Source of the DNA: Planctomycetota bacterium
GTDB taxonomy: Bacteria > Planctomycetota > UBA1135 > UBA2386
NCBI GenBank assembly: GCA_965223545.1
Contig: OZ245006.1
Span: 3,264,001-3,328,000, forward strand
Direction: 5' to 3'
DNA length: 64,000 bases
Positions 38,731 through 49,275 of this stretch are shown in pieces (within the stretch, counting starts at the first letter, position 1; the number at the start of each line of letters is the position of its first letter). The notes under the pieces were generated by a model. That model was not told the origin of the DNA. It searched no databases and saw only the letters and a list, made by a program, of their open reading frames with translations. A program made the translations under genes and the position numbers.

Positions 38731-40788
38731 ATGTGCGGAATCGCCGGTGTGCTCCACCGCGACCCCGAGCGCCGCGTAGACCGCGGCACCTTGGCGGCAA
38801 TGGCCGCGATCCAGCAGCACCGCGGACCGGACGGCTGCGGCTGGCACGCCATCGACGACCGCGGTGTGGGGTTCGCACACGCCCGATTGGCGATCATCGA
38901 TCTCAACGACAGCGGGCGCCAGCCGCTCCTCGACGGCGGTGGCCGGTGGATGTTGACGCACAACGGTGAGTTCTACGACTACGCACGCATCCGGGCCGAC
39001 CTGACGACGCGCGGCGCGCGGTTCACCACGAAGAGCGATTCGGAGATCGTGCCCCATCTCGTCGCGCACTACGGACTGGACGGCGCGCTGCCTCATCTGC
39101 GCGGTGAGTTCGCGTTCGCGTTCTACGACCGCGAGACCGACGAGCTGGCGCTGGTGCGCGACCGGTTCGGGATCAAGCCGCTCTACTGGACCATGACCGC
39201 GGACACCGTGGTGTTCGGCTCGGAGATCAAGGTCCTGTTCGCCCATCCCGAAGTGCCGCGCGCGTTTGCCGACGAGGGGCTGTTCCACCAGCTCATGCAG
39301 GCGATCACGCCGGGCAGCACGCCGTATCGCGATGTGCACCAAGTGGCGCCGGGCCACGTCGTCCGCATCCGCCGCCGGGGCGGCGGCTTCGAGGTCCGCG
39401 AGCACGCTTACTGGGACATGCCGTTCCCGGTGTGGAACGAGCGGCGGCCGGACGCCGCCGAGGACGAGGTCGTCGAACAGGTCCGCGCCCGGCTGCTGGA
39501 GGCCGTGCAGCTACGACTGGTGGCGGACGTCCCGGTCGGCTGCTACCTCTCCGGCGGCATCGACTCCTGCTCGATGTTGGGGCTCGCCGCCGCCTGCCGC
39601 CAGGATCCGGTCAAGGCCTTCACTATCGGCTTCGACAACCGAGACTACGACGAAACCGAGATCGCCAAGTCGATGGCGCACTCGGTGGGCGCCGATCAGG
39701 ACGTGCTGCCAGTAGGGGCGGCCGAGTTGTACGACCACTTCGTCGAGACCCACTGGCACACCGAGCGCACGATCTACAACACGCTGGGCGTCGCCAAGCT
39801 GCTGATGAGCCGCCATGTGCGCAACGCCGGCTACAAAGTGGTGATTACCGGCGAGGGCTCGGACGAGCTGTTTGCCGGCTACCCGAGCTTTCGCGCCGAT
39901 TTGTTCCGCCATGGTCTCGAGCACCTGCCGGCCGCCGAGCGCGTCGGCATGGAGCAAGCGCTGCAGGAATCCAACGCGGTCTTCAAAGGCGCGATGCTGC
40001 CGTCGCAGGCCTACGACGACCCCGCGCTCACCGCGCTGTGCGGCTTCACCCCGACCTGTCTGCAGCCCTGGCTCGACGCGTCGCGCCGGGTACTGCCGCT
40101 GATCGCCGGCGACCGCCGCACCGCGCTGGCCGACTACCGCCCGGGCGAAGCGATCGCCAACGCGCTCGACGCGAGCGCCATTCGCGGGCGCCACCCGCTC
40201 GACATTGCCCAGTACGTCTGGGTCAAGACGATGCTCGAAGGGCAGATCCTGACCTGGGGCGGCGATCGCGTCGACATGGCGAACTCGATGGAGGCCCGGC
40301 CGGCGTTCCTCGACCATCATCTCGCCGAGTACGCAGCCGGCATCCCGCCGCACCTCCGCATCCGAGCGCGCACTGAGAAGTACGTGCTGCGCGAAGCGAT
40401 GAAAGGCGTCTTGCCGCGCGAGCTGTACGAGCGCGAGAAGTTCGCGTTCATGGCACCACCGGCGCACACCGACCCGCGCAAACAGGCGGCCCTGCGGGCA
40501 CTGACCGACCGCTACTTGTCGGCGGCGGCGATCGAGCCCGCGGGTCTGCTGGACGCGGACGCGGTGCGCGCGCTGCTCCGGCTGCAGGACAGCGGCGACT
40601 TGCCACGGGCGGAGATGGTCCAGCTCGACGCGGTCGTCAACCACTTGCTCGGTGTGCAAGTGCTGCACGAACAGCTCTTGGCGCACGACATCCCGGCGAC
40701 CGCCGCGCGCTTGGCCGCACCGCTGCTGGCCGACACACCGCCACAACCGTCGCCGGCGGATGGCGGCTTCACCAACCCCTCGCCGTGA
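38731..40788 (+). CDS. asnB: asparagine synthase-family glutamine amidotransferase
   Basis: MCGIAG N-terminal Cys, [33 protein letters not shown]. Confidence 0.9.
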   Translation: MCGIAGVLHRDPERRVDRGTLAAMAAIQQHRGPDGCGWHAIDDRGVGFAHARLAIIDLNDSGRQPLLDGGGRWMLTHNGEFYDYARIRADLTTRGARFTTKSDSEIVPHLVAHYGLDGALPHLRGEFAFAFYDRETDELALVRDRFGIKPLYWTMTADTVVFGSEIKVLFAHPEVPRAFADEGLFHQLMQAITPGSTPYRDVHQVAPGHVVRIRRRGGGFEVREHAYWDMPFPVWNERRPDAAEDEVVEQVRARLLEAVQLRLVADVPVGCYLSGGIDSCSMLGLAAACRQDPVKAFTIGFDNRDYDETEIAKSMAHSVGADQDVLPVGAAELYDHFVETHWHTERTIYNTLGVAKLLMSRHVRNAGYKVVITGEGSDELFAGYPSFRADLFRHGLEHLPAAERVGMEQALQESNAVFKGAMLPSQAYDDPALTALCGFTPTCLQPWLDASRRVLPLIAGDRRTALADYRPGEAIANALDASAIRGRHPLDIAQYVWVKTMLEGQILTWGGDRVDMANSMEARPAFLDHHLAEYAAGIPPHLRIRARTEKYVLREAMKGVLPRELYEREKFAFMAPPAHTDPRKQAALRALTDRYLSAAAIEPAGLLDADAVRALLRLQDSGDLPRAEMVQLDAVVNHLLGVQVLHEQLLAHDIPATAARLAAPLLADTPPQPSPADGGFTNPSP

Positions 40789-41548
40789 AGCCACCGTCGA
40801 CCGCGAGCGATTGGCCGGTGACGTAGCTCGCGTCCGCACTCAGCAGGAACGCGATCACGCGCGCCACTTCTTCCGGCTGGCCGACCCTGCCCAGCGGGGT
40901 GTGCTCGCGGATTCGCTCGGCGGTCCCCGGCCGCTGCAGGACCGGCTGCACCAGCGGTGTGTCGATGTACCAGGGCGCGACCGCGTTGACGCGGATGCCA
41001 TCGGCGCCCCATTCGCTGGCGAGGCCGCGCGCCATCGCATCGATCGCCGCCTTGGTCGCGGCGTACGGAACACCCGAGCCGACCGAGACCGTGCCGGCAA
41101 CCGAGCCGACCAGGACCACGCTGGCCGCATCCGAGGCCCGCAGCCATGGATGCGCGCGGCGCGTCAGCTCGAAGGCGGAGTCGACGTTGGTGGCGAACAG
41201 GTGCGCAACCTCTTCGCGCGCATAGTCGACCGCCGGGCGGCGGATATTGGTGCCGACGTTGGCCACGATGAGATCGAGCCCGCCCCACCTCTCGCCGACC
41301 GAGGCGAGGATGGCAGTCAGACCGACTTCGGTCGAGGCGTCGGCCGCGACGCCGGTGACCGCCACGAGCCCGCGGCGCCGCCAGTCCGCGACCGCAGTCT
41401 CGACGCCATCGGCACTCCGAGCGACGATCGCGACCTCGGCACCCGCCCCCAGCAACTGCTCGGCGGTGGCACGGCCGATGCCCTGGGTCGCCCCGGTGAT
41501 CAAGGCTCTGCGGCCGGCGAGAGAGGGAAACGCGACGGTGTCGGGCAT
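40769..41548 (-). CDS. SDR oxidoreductase (tropinone reductase-like)
   Basis: [30 protein letters not shown]. Confidence 0.9.
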   Translation of the reverse strand: MPDTVAFPSLAGRRALITGATQGIGRATAEQLLGAGAEVAIVARSADGVETAVADWRRRGLVAVTGVAADASTEVGLTAILASVGERWGGLDLIVANVGTNIRRPAVDYAREEVAHLFATNVDSAFELTRRAHPWLRASDAASVVLVGSVAGTVSVGSGVPYAATKAAIDAMARGLASEWGADGIRVNAVAPWYIDTPLVQPVLQRPGTAERIREHTPLGRVGQPEEVARVIAFLLSADASYVTGQSLAVDGGFTARGW

Positions 41549-41657
41549 GCCATCGTTGTAACCGTCCTGTCCCGCAGCCGACCCCGTTCCGGCGTCGGCT
41601 CGGGATCCGCCCTATGCTGCTCTTCCCTGCCTCACCCCGAAACCACACCAGCTTCTC

Positions 41658-43115
41658 ATGCACCGACCCCTTGCTTCCGCGATGTGGCTACCCGTTTGCG
41701 CATCCACGATCGCCCTGACCGCGTTGGCTGCCTCCGCACAAGTCAGCCGCAACGTTCAGCTCCTCGGCCAATACACTCCGGCCTCCAGCTCCTTCAGCGA
41801 CGTCTGGGGCTACACCGATCCAGCGACCGGCAAAGAGTACTGCCTCATGGGCAGCCTTGCCGGCACGCACATCGTCGACTGTAGCGACCCGACGAGCCCG
41901 ACCGAGGTCGGGCTGATCCCCACCGACGCACCGTTCACGTTCTGGAACGCATGGCGCGACATCAAGACCGTCGGCACCTACGCATACATCGTCTCCGAGG
42001 CACACGGGGGGATGCAGATCGTCGACTTGACCAACCCCGCCGCCGCGACCAAGGTCAAGACCTGGGGATCGTGGAGCGGCGCGCACAACATCGCTGCCGA
42101 CCCCGAGGCGGGCTTGGTCTACGTCTGCGGTACCGGGTCGGGCACCTACGTCGTGGACGTCGCTACCGATCCGGTCAACCCCGCGCAGCTCTTCGTGCTG
42201 GGGTCGCCGTACATCCACGACCTCTCGGTCGCCGATGGCGTCGGCTACTTCATGGACCAGAACGGCAACAACCTCAACGTCTACGACACGTCGTCACCCG
42301 GCAGCCTGCCGCTGCTGGGCTCCGGGCGGATGCCCGGCGCCAGCGTGGCGCACGCCAGCTGGCCGAGCCGCGACGGCACGGTTTGCATCGCCAGCAACGA
42401 AGCCAACGGTGGGCCGATCTCGATCTGGGACATCAGCAACAAGCGCATGCCGATGCTGCTGAAGACGTACACCGCCGGCCCGAGCAGCGCGATCCCCCAC
42501 AACCCGTTCATCAGAGACCGCGTCGCCCACATCTCGTACTACACCGAGGGCTATCGCTCGCTCGACCTCAGCGATCCGACCAACCCGGTCGAAGTCGGCT
42601 ACTACGACACCTCGACCTTCCCGGCCGGCGGCTACAACGGCGCCTGGGGCTGCTACCCGTTCCAGCCGTCGGGGGTGGTCTACATCACTGACATCGAGAA
42701 CGGCCTGTACGTGCTGAAGCCCGCATCGAGCGCGGAGCGCTACGGACCGACGACGACCGGCAGCGCCGGCGCGACCCCACAGATCTACGCGTTTGGCTCC
42801 GCCTATGCCGGCAACGCGAGCTTCAAGCTCGAGGTGGACGGCGCGCCGACCAGCCGCCCCGGGGTGATGGTGCTCGCCGCTGGTCGCGGTAGCACGACCG
42901 TCGGCAGTCTCACCGTCAACGTCGCAATCGGCGCCTCGACGGCCCTGGTGCCGATCGCCAGCGACCCCAACGGCCAGGTTTCGGTGCCCCTGCCGGTGCC
43001 CGCCGGCATCGCGGTGGGCGGCACGCTGAACGTGCAGATGCTTTTCGCGGACAGCACCCAGGCGCTCGATCTGTCGGGCACCCAGGGCCTCGAGTTCGAC
43101 GTCTTCGCCAAGTAG
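41658..43115 (+). CDS. choice-of-anchor B / LVIVD-repeat secreted protein with the shared C-terminal domain
   Basis: SDVWGY, WRDIKT, AHNI, YIHD, PHNPFI, GAWGCYPF; signal peptide. Confidence 0.8.
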   Translation: MHRPLASAMWLPVCASTIALTALAASAQVSRNVQLLGQYTPASSSFSDVWGYTDPATGKEYCLMGSLAGTHIVDCSDPTSPTEVGLIPTDAPFTFWNAWRDIKTVGTYAYIVSEAHGGMQIVDLTNPAAATKVKTWGSWSGAHNIAADPEAGLVYVCGTGSGTYVVDVATDPVNPAQLFVLGSPYIHDLSVADGVGYFMDQNGNNLNVYDTSSPGSLPLLGSGRMPGASVAHASWPSRDGTVCIASNEANGGPISIWDISNKRMPMLLKTYTAGPSSAIPHNPFIRDRVAHISYYTEGYRSLDLSDPTNPVEVGYYDTSTFPAGGYNGAWGCYPFQPSGVVYITDIENGLYVLKPASSAERYGPTTTGSAGATPQIYAFGSAYAGNASFKLEVDGAPTSRPGVMVLAAGRGSTTVGSLTVNVAIGASTALVPIASDPNGQVSVPLPVPAGIAVGGTLNVQMLFADSTQALDLSGTQGLEFDVFAK

Positions 43116-43187
43116 GGTCGCGACCAAGCTCACGGCTCCCGTGACCGGGCGGCGTGAGCGCATTGGGCCTTGGCCCCGGCTCGGACG

Positions 43188-44603
43188 TCAGCCGCTGAAC
43201 ACGTCGAAGCGCATGCCACGGGTCGCGGCAAGGCCGGCGGCGGCGCCCGGGTCCGTGACGACGAACTGGGCGTAGACCACACCCGAGGTGGCGTCGCCCG
43301 GCGGAACCGCAATCGGCACGCGCACGGTGCCCGCCGCGTCGGTCTGCGCCGTCACCGCGATCACCGGCTGGCTGAGGTCGACCGCCAGCTGCACACCGGC
43401 GACCGCGGTGTTGCCGCTGGCCGCGCCCAGCAGGAGCACGACGCTGGCGTTGGCAGGCGCGTTGTCGAGCTCGACCGCAAAGTTGGCATTGCCGGCGAAG
43501 GCCGCGCCAAAGCTGTAGATCTCCGGCGCGCCGGCTGCGCCGTCGGTGGCGATGCCGAACAGATCGGGCGTCGCTTTGCTGTCGAGGATCATCAGGCCGT
43601 TGTTGCGGTCGCTCATGTAGACCACGCCGGATGGCTGGAACGGGTAGCACCCCCAGGAGCCGGAGAAACCACTGGTCGAAGACGTCGTGTCGTAGTGCGC
43701 GACCTCGACCGGCCGGCGCGGATCGCTGATGTCGACCGCACGGTAGCCCTCCGAGTAATAGGCGATGTGGACCACCCGATCGCGGATGAAGGCGTTGTGT
43801 GCCGAGGCCGAGTTGCTGCCGGTCTTGTAGACGGCAACCCTCGTCGGCAAGCGCTTGTTGCTGATGTCCACGATCGCGACGCCGGGGTTGAACGACTCGG
43901 CAGCGACCGAGGCCACGGTGTTGTCCCGGCTCGGCCAAATGTGGTGCGCCGAGGAGAACGACACCGAGCCCAGCACCGTCGTCGCCGGTGCCTGGGTCAC
44001 ATCACGCAGCTCGTAGCGCGAGTTGTTGATCTGTGCGAGATGCGCGATGCCGTCCCTCACGTGCAGGTCGTGCACGTAGGAGCCGCCCATGTTGCCCAAG
44101 TGCACGGGGTTGACCGGATCCGCGAGGCTGATGATCGGTACCCCGACGTCGGTGCCACACGGGTAGAGCATGCCCGCCCCGGTATCGAGGGCGACATTGT
44201 GGGCTCTGCGGAACACGTTGGTGCCCCAGGTCTTCACCAGCACCGGCTTGTCCGGATCCTGCAGGTCGATGATCTGCACGCCGCCGCCACCCTCGGTCAC
44301 CACGTAGGCGTAGTGCTGATAGGTGCGCATGTCGCGCCACCCTGAGTTGGGCCCCGAGAAGAAGCCGCGCTGGATCGGGTTGGTCGGGTCCGAGCAATCC
44401 ACGATGTAGGTGCCCGTGCCGGTGCCGAGGATGGCGTACTCCTTGCCCGCGGGGCTGACGTAGCCCCAGATGTCGTTGTAGGACTGGCCGGAGGGGTCGA
44501 AGCGGCCGACCAGGGAGGAGTTGCGAGGCGGAGCTTGCGCAGACAGGAGCGAGACGAGGGCCGCGGCGGTCACCGCCGCGACACAGCTGTGCCGAAACAT
44601 CAT
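43188..44603 (-). CDS. choice-of-anchor B / LVIVD-repeat paralog with the shared C-terminal domain
   Basis: NDIWGY, WRDMRT, AHNV, YVHD, AHNAFI, GSWGCYPF; signal peptide. Confidence 0.8.
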   Translation of the reverse strand: MMFRHSCVAAVTAAALVSLLSAQAPPRNSSLVGRFDPSGQSYNDIWGYVSPAGKEYAILGTGTGTYIVDCSDPTNPIQRGFFSGPNSGWRDMRTYQHYAYVVTEGGGGVQIIDLQDPDKPVLVKTWGTNVFRRAHNVALDTGAGMLYPCGTDVGVPIISLADPVNPVHLGNMGGSYVHDLHVRDGIAHLAQINNSRYELRDVTQAPATTVLGSVSFSSAHHIWPSRDNTVASVAAESFNPGVAIVDISNKRLPTRVAVYKTGSNSASAHNAFIRDRVVHIAYYSEGYRAVDISDPRRPVEVAHYDTTSSTSGFSGSWGCYPFQPSGVVYMSDRNNGLMILDSKATPDLFGIATDGAAGAPEIYSFGAAFAGNANFAVELDNAPANASVVLLLGAASGNTAVAGVQLAVDLSQPVIAVTAQTDAAGTVRVPIAVPPGDATSGVVYAQFVVTDPGAAAGLAATRGMRFDVFSG

Positions 44604-44780
44604 GGAAAGCAGACTCTTGCTGGAGGATGGGGGGCCTGAGCAGGCCCGCCGATTCTAACGAGACGGACCAAACCGCACGCAGCGTAGACGGGGTGCGTCC
44701 ACCCCACCCCCGTGTCAATCTCGTACCGTCGGCTCGACCGGCAAAACATCCACGACACATCGGGCAGCAGCCCCTCGGGC

Positions 44781-47024
44781 TTACGCTCCACGCAAAGCGA
44801 ACCAGCGCATGCCGCGCGCTGGCACGGTCACCTCGAGCCGCAGCCGTCCCGCATCGAGCGGCACGACGCGATCGTCGCGGCCATCCGTGACGATGCGCAC
44901 CCGCTCTCGCAAACCGGTGTAGTAGACGTCCACCCACAGCTCCTTGGTGCGCGCGCGATCCAACGGGTTGTAGACAACCAACATCCCCTTGTCCTCGAGT
45001 CGAGGGTTCACGTGCAGCATCCAATCGAGATCGCGGCCGTCGGCGCGCCGCCCGTGCACCAGATCCGATTCGAGGATGTCGCGGTGCCGCTTGAACCAAG
45101 CCACCCATGCGGCCACGAGCTGCCGGGTCCGCTCGGTATCGAACAGCCGCGGGCCGCGATAACACGCCTGCACGCCGAGCCCGAAGTTGCTGGCCAACAT
45201 CTGCTCGTAGTGGTCGCGGTGTGCATCGAGCGGCTCGATCGTGGCCGCCGCCCCTCCGCCGTGGTACTCGCTGAGCGGCACGAACATCCAGCCCATGCTC
45301 GGCGTCTTGGTCCACGAGCCGTCATAGATGTTCTGCCGCGTGTGGATCACCTGCTGCGCGCGGGGCAACGACCAGTTGGTCTCGCGATAGCCCATCCCGC
45401 ACTTGCTGGTGCCGACCAGGTAGTAGTAGTCCGGCGCGTTGATGTAGATGCCGCGCCCACGGCACCAGCGATAGAAGTCGGCGGCGATTCCCCATTGCAC
45501 CCAGCGCGAGTCCTGCTCGCCTTTCTGCAGCGGCGGCCGCGGCGTGACGTCGACATCGCCGGGGTAGGGGCCGTCGTGCTCGAGCAGCGTGAAGCCGGTC
45601 TGCTCGAAGAACGCGTACAGCTTGCGGAAGTACTCCTGGCCCCATGCGCTGGTCAACGCCGGGCAGTTGCCGTGCGTCGGGCGCGTTCCCGCCGGCGTGC
45701 GGATGTCGTTGCCGCCGCCGATCCGCCGCGACGACAGCAGCGAGTAGCCACCGAGCTCGACCCCCGACGCCCGGGCGTGCGCCGCGAGCTCGCTCCACTG
45801 CGCGATGGTCTCGGCGCGATCGTCCTCGATGTCGAAGCCACTGCCGAACGACAGGATCACCATTTCGAACCCGACCGCGGCGGCATCGTCGATCGCCCGG
45901 CGCACCGAGGCCACATCGGAAACCCGCAGATGGTGCATCAGGGGATTCTCGGTCACCCAAGGCGCGACCGTCCGGTACAGCCTGCGGACCGCGAGCCCAC
46001 GGCGTTCGCGCTCGGTGCTATCGAACGCCAGCTCGAACGTCCGGTAGCTGGTGGCGACGCCTCCGGGCGCCACCCTCTGTGCCGGCCCGTAGGTCGGCTC
46101 GACCACGAGAAGGCACGGTTGCTCGCGCCGGTAGTTGACCTGCGTGCGGTACTGCGGGTCCGCGCGCCATTGCACGACATGGCGATTGGCGTTCTCGGCG
46201 ACGAACCCACCGAACGCGTAGTCGGTCTCGACGTGCAAGCAGTCCGGGCGCGGCAGCGGCACGCCGCTTCGGCTCTCGACCCACCCTCCGGACTCGACCA
46301 CCGCGAGCTCCTCGGTCGTCCACCGGTCGACCTGCACCTCGGCATCGCCGTCGTTGTGCACCGTCAGCCACTTGCACATCGCCGGAATCCCGTCGTAGAG
46401 CTCGTAGTGGACGGCGACGCGCACCCCGCGCAACGCCCGGGCGGCAGCGGTCACCGCCTCGCGACCGAGACCGCTCGGCAGCCGCCCCGCACGCTCCAGC
46501 TCGTCCAGGACCTCGGCGTCCTCGAGATCCGGCATCTCATAGTCGAAGCGCACCGCCACCCCGGCGGGCGGCCACTGTCCGCCGGGCGCGTGGTGGCGCG
46601 CACGCGCCCACGCCAGCCGCTCGGTCGGTTCGGAAACCCGGTGGCCGACCAACCGCATCGCCACCGGCGACGCCGTCATCTGCGCCACCCACTCGGGGGC
46701 CAGGTAGGCGTGGTTCGGCTGCCCTTGCAGACCGCCGACTTCGAGCGACACCCCATCGACGACGATCCGCGCCTCCGGCCGCACCGCGCGCAGCATCGAC
46801 TGGCCGGAGGTCAGGTTGTCGAACGCGATGCACGCGCCGTTCGGCGCCAAGCGCCACACCCGCCGGACGAGGCCGTTGCCCAGCGCGAGCTCCCGACCGG
46901 TCGGGTCGAGCTCGGCCCGCGCGGCAAAGCTCGAGGGGTCGATCAGCCAATCCGGGTCGGGTTGAGCGACGCACGGCATGGTGGCCGCCCACAGCGCGAT
47001 CACCGCGAAACTGCAGTCAGGCAT
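44781..47024 (-). CDS. secreted glycoside-hydrolase-like protein (alpha-galactosidase/GH36-like)
   Basis: Signal peptide; LGNGLVRR, IDDAAAVGFEMVILSFGSG and EHDGPYPG suggest a TIM-barrel glycoside hydrolase. Confidence 0.55.
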   Translation of the reverse strand: MPDCSFAVIALWAATMPCVAQPDPDWLIDPSSFAARAELDPTGRELALGNGLVRRVWRLAPNGACIAFDNLTSGQSMLRAVRPEARIVVDGVSLEVGGLQGQPNHAYLAPEWVAQMTASPVAMRLVGHRVSEPTERLAWARARHHAPGGQWPPAGVAVRFDYEMPDLEDAEVLDELERAGRLPSGLGREAVTAAARALRGVRVAVHYELYDGIPAMCKWLTVHNDGDAEVQVDRWTTEELAVVESGGWVESRSGVPLPRPDCLHVETDYAFGGFVAENANRHVVQWRADPQYRTQVNYRREQPCLLVVEPTYGPAQRVAPGGVATSYRTFELAFDSTERERRGLAVRRLYRTVAPWVTENPLMHHLRVSDVASVRRAIDDAAAVGFEMVILSFGSGFDIEDDRAETIAQWSELAAHARASGVELGGYSLLSSRRIGGGNDIRTPAGTRPTHGNCPALTSAWGQEYFRKLYAFFEQTGFTLLEHDGPYPGDVDVTPRPPLQKGEQDSRWVQWGIAADFYRWCRGRGIYINAPDYYYLVGTSKCGMGYRETNWSLPRAQQVIHTRQNIYDGSWTKTPSMGWMFVPLSEYHGGGAAATIEPLDAHRDHYEQMLASNFGLGVQACYRGPRLFDTERTRQLVAAWVAWFKRHRDILESDLVHGRRADGRDLDWMLHVNPRLEDKGMLVVYNPLDRARTKELWVDVYYTGLRERVRIVTDGRDDRVVPLDAGRLRLEVTVPARGMRWFALRGA

Positions 47025-47033
47025 TCTGCCTTT

Positions 47034-47156
47034 CTAAGGCATCGTCTGCGGAGCGTGCACTACCGCGAGCACGACGAACAGCACATCGCACACCAAGAAC
47101 AAGCCGATGCCGCCGACCACCAGGAGCCACGGGCGCTTGCGAATCGCGTTCATCAT
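47034..47156 (-). CDS. 40-aa membrane peptide, FixH/CcoH-like
   Basis: MMNAIRKRPWLLVVGGIGLFLVCDVLFVVLAVVHAPQTMP; ATGA-coupled to ccoG; too short for the ORF track. Confidence 0.6.
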   Translation of the reverse strand: MMNAIRKRPWLLVVGGIGLFLVCDVLFVVLAVVHAPQTMP

Positions 47157-48538
47157 GGTTGTTGTCTCCGCAGCGGCCCCAGCAGGGTGGTGCTGGAGCT
47201 CTGCTCTTCGTCGCCATCGCGCACGCGGACGCGCACGACCAGACCCGGCCGGAAGTCGACCCGCGCCAACCGAGCAAAGAAGGGAATCTGGCGATCGGCC
47301 AGCGGCCCGAGCTCGACATCGTCGATCGGCAGTAAGATCTCGACTCCCGGCGGCGCTTCGACCTCGATCTGCAACGTGCGGGCACTGGACCGCTTGTTCT
47401 GCAGGTAGACCTCGAGCACGTTCTGCAGCGTCTCACCCTCGACGGTGAACGGCGTCTGCGAAGCGCGCAGGAGCTGCGCCTCGAACGACGTCCTTCGCAC
47501 CGCGGAGAGGCCGAACACCACGATCCCCAGCAGCATCAGCACCGCGTAGAACCAGAATCGCGGACGCACGAAGCGACGCGCCTCGCCGGTGAAACCGGCC
47601 AGCGAGTCGTAGCGTACGAGACCGCGCGGCCTACCGATGTGATCCATCACCGCATCACAGGCGTCGATGCAGTTGGCGCAGCCGACACACTCCAGCTGCG
47701 TGCCGTTGCGGATGTCGATCCCGGTCGGGCACACGTCGACGCACCGCCGGCAGTCGATGCAGTGACCGGCGCCGTCGGCGCCGAGCTTGCCGCGTGGCTC
47801 ACCTCGCGCCTCGTCGTAGCCGACGTTGACGGTGTGCGCGTCGTAGAGCACGCCTTGTAGCCGCCCGTAGGGGCAGACGACGATGCAGAGCTGTTCGCGG
47901 AACCAGGTGAAGTTGACGAACATCACCAAAGTCAACACGACGACGAACACGAATGCGGTGAGGTTGTCGGCCGGCGGACGCACCATCGCACCGAACACCG
48001 CGTCCACCGGCATGAAGTAGCTGAGCAGAGTGTGCGCCAACAGCGACGCCAACACCGCGTAGACCGAGTACTTCAACAGGCGCGACCAGAGCTTGCGGCC
48101 TCGCCACGGTGCCGCATCGAGTGCCCGCCGCTTGCGCGCCGAGCCCTCGATCCACACTTCGATCTTGCGGAACACCCCCTCCAGGAACACCGTGTGCGGA
48201 CAGGCCCACCCGCACCAGACGCGGCCCCAGAGTGCGCTCAGCACGAACAGGCTGAACGCCGCGCCGGTGACCACGAAGAACGCCATCCAGAAGTCCTGCG
48301 GCGTGAACGTGGCGCCGAAGAAGAAGAAGTGCCGCCGCTCGATGTCGATCAGCACGGCCGGGTTGCCGCCGACCTCGATCCACGGCAGCACCAGATAGAC
48401 GACGATCAGCGAGACCCAGACGATGGCCTTGCGCCGCTGGAACCTGCCGGCCACCGCCGCCGGGTGGATCGCGTGGCGCGAGCCGTCCGGGTTGACCGAG
48501 TACAGGCTGTCGAGATCGGGCTGCCGGGTCGTCGTCAC
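47153..48538 (-). CDS. ccoG: cbb3 oxidase accessory protein CcoG/FixG
   Basis: GRVWCGWACPHTVF, CIVVCPYGR, CIDCRRCVDVCPTGIDIR, CVGCANCIDAC. Confidence 0.93.
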   Translation of the reverse strand: MTTTRQPDLDSLYSVNPDGSRHAIHPAAVAGRFQRRKAIVWVSLIVVYLVLPWIEVGGNPAVLIDIERRHFFFFGATFTPQDFWMAFFVVTGAAFSLFVLSALWGRVWCGWACPHTVFLEGVFRKIEVWIEGSARKRRALDAAPWRGRKLWSRLLKYSVYAVLASLLAHTLLSYFMPVDAVFGAMVRPPADNLTAFVFVVVLTLVMFVNFTWFREQLCIVVCPYGRLQGVLYDAHTVNVGYDEARGEPRGKLGADGAGHCIDCRRCVDVCPTGIDIRNGTQLECVGCANCIDACDAVMDHIGRPRGLVRYDSLAGFTGEARRFVRPRFWFYAVLMLLGIVVFGLSAVRRTSFEAQLLRASQTPFTVEGETLQNVLEVYLQNKRSSARTLQIEVEAPPGVEILLPIDDVELGPLADRQIPFFARLARVDFRPGLVVRVRVRDGDEEQSSSTTLLGPLRRQQP

Positions 48539-49101
48539 TGCGGCTCGTAGCGCTCGCCCTGCGGCTCCTTGCCGCCGGCGACGTTCGTGTTGCGAAGCGT
48601 CAGCAGGTAGGCGACGACCTGCTGGCACCGGGTGGGTCCGAGCTGTGGCAGCCAAGCCACCATTCCCTTGTCGATCACGCCTTCGGTGACGGTCCGGTAC
48701 AGATCGGTCGGCGCACCGCCGTGCAGCCAGTACTCATCGGTCAGGTTGGGGCCGACGCTGCCACCGCCGCTCTCCAGGTGGCACGTGACACACATGCCGA
48801 TGAACACCGCACGCCCCTTCTCGACCACGGTCGGCTCGGCAGCCAGCTTCTCCAGCAGCTCGTCGGTGATCTCCACGCCTTCCATCTGTGCCGCCAGCCG
48901 CCGCTCGGCGGCCTCCATCTGCAGCCGGTACTCCTGCTGCGGCAGGGGACCGGTGCCGAGCACGTGGTAATGCATCCAGTAGAACACTGAAAAGATGCAA
49001 GCGCCGTAGAAGGACCAGAGCCACCAGTTGGGCAGCCGGTTGTCGAACTCCTGGATGCCGTCGAACGCGTGGCTGCGCAGCCGCTCGTCGGTGCCGCTCA
49101 C
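48535..49101 (-). CDS. ccoP: cbb3 oxidase subunit III (monoheme)
   Basis: HAFDGIQEFDNRLPNWW, CVTCH, GPNLTD, KGM. Confidence 0.9.
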   Translation of the reverse strand: MSGTDERLRSHAFDGIQEFDNRLPNWWLWSFYGACIFSVFYWMHYHVLGTGPLPQQEYRLQMEAAERRLAAQMEGVEITDELLEKLAAEPTVVEKGRAVFIGMCVTCHLESGGGSVGPNLTDEYWLHGGAPTDLYRTVTEGVIDKGMVAWLPQLGPTRCQQVVAYLLTLRNTNVAGGKEPQGERYEPQ

Positions 49102-49274
49102 GACGACACCTCCTCGCCATCGGCCAGCGGCAGCTGTGCCATGCGCTGGTAGATCGGCCGCCGGCGCGGCCAGAACACGCGCACGATCACGCCGACGAAC
49201 AGCAGCATGAAGAACAACAGACCCCAGATCGGTAGATCGAGGAGGAAGCTGCGAGAGAACAGGGATTCGAACAC
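49098..49274 (-). CDS. ccoQ: cbb3 oxidase subunit IV
   Basis: 58 aa, LLFFMLLFVGVIVRVF...MAQLPLAD; lies between ccoNO and ccoP; not in the ORF track. Confidence 0.8.
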   Translation of the reverse strand: MFESLFSRSFLLDLPIWGLLFFMLLFVGVIVRVFWPRRRPIYQRMAQLPLADGEEVSS

Positions 49275-49275
49275 G

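Noticed and set aside
43128..43159. Hairpin GCTCACG...CGTGAGC between convergent genes as a terminator
   Set aside because: Plausible stem but no U-tract on either strand; too weak to call.
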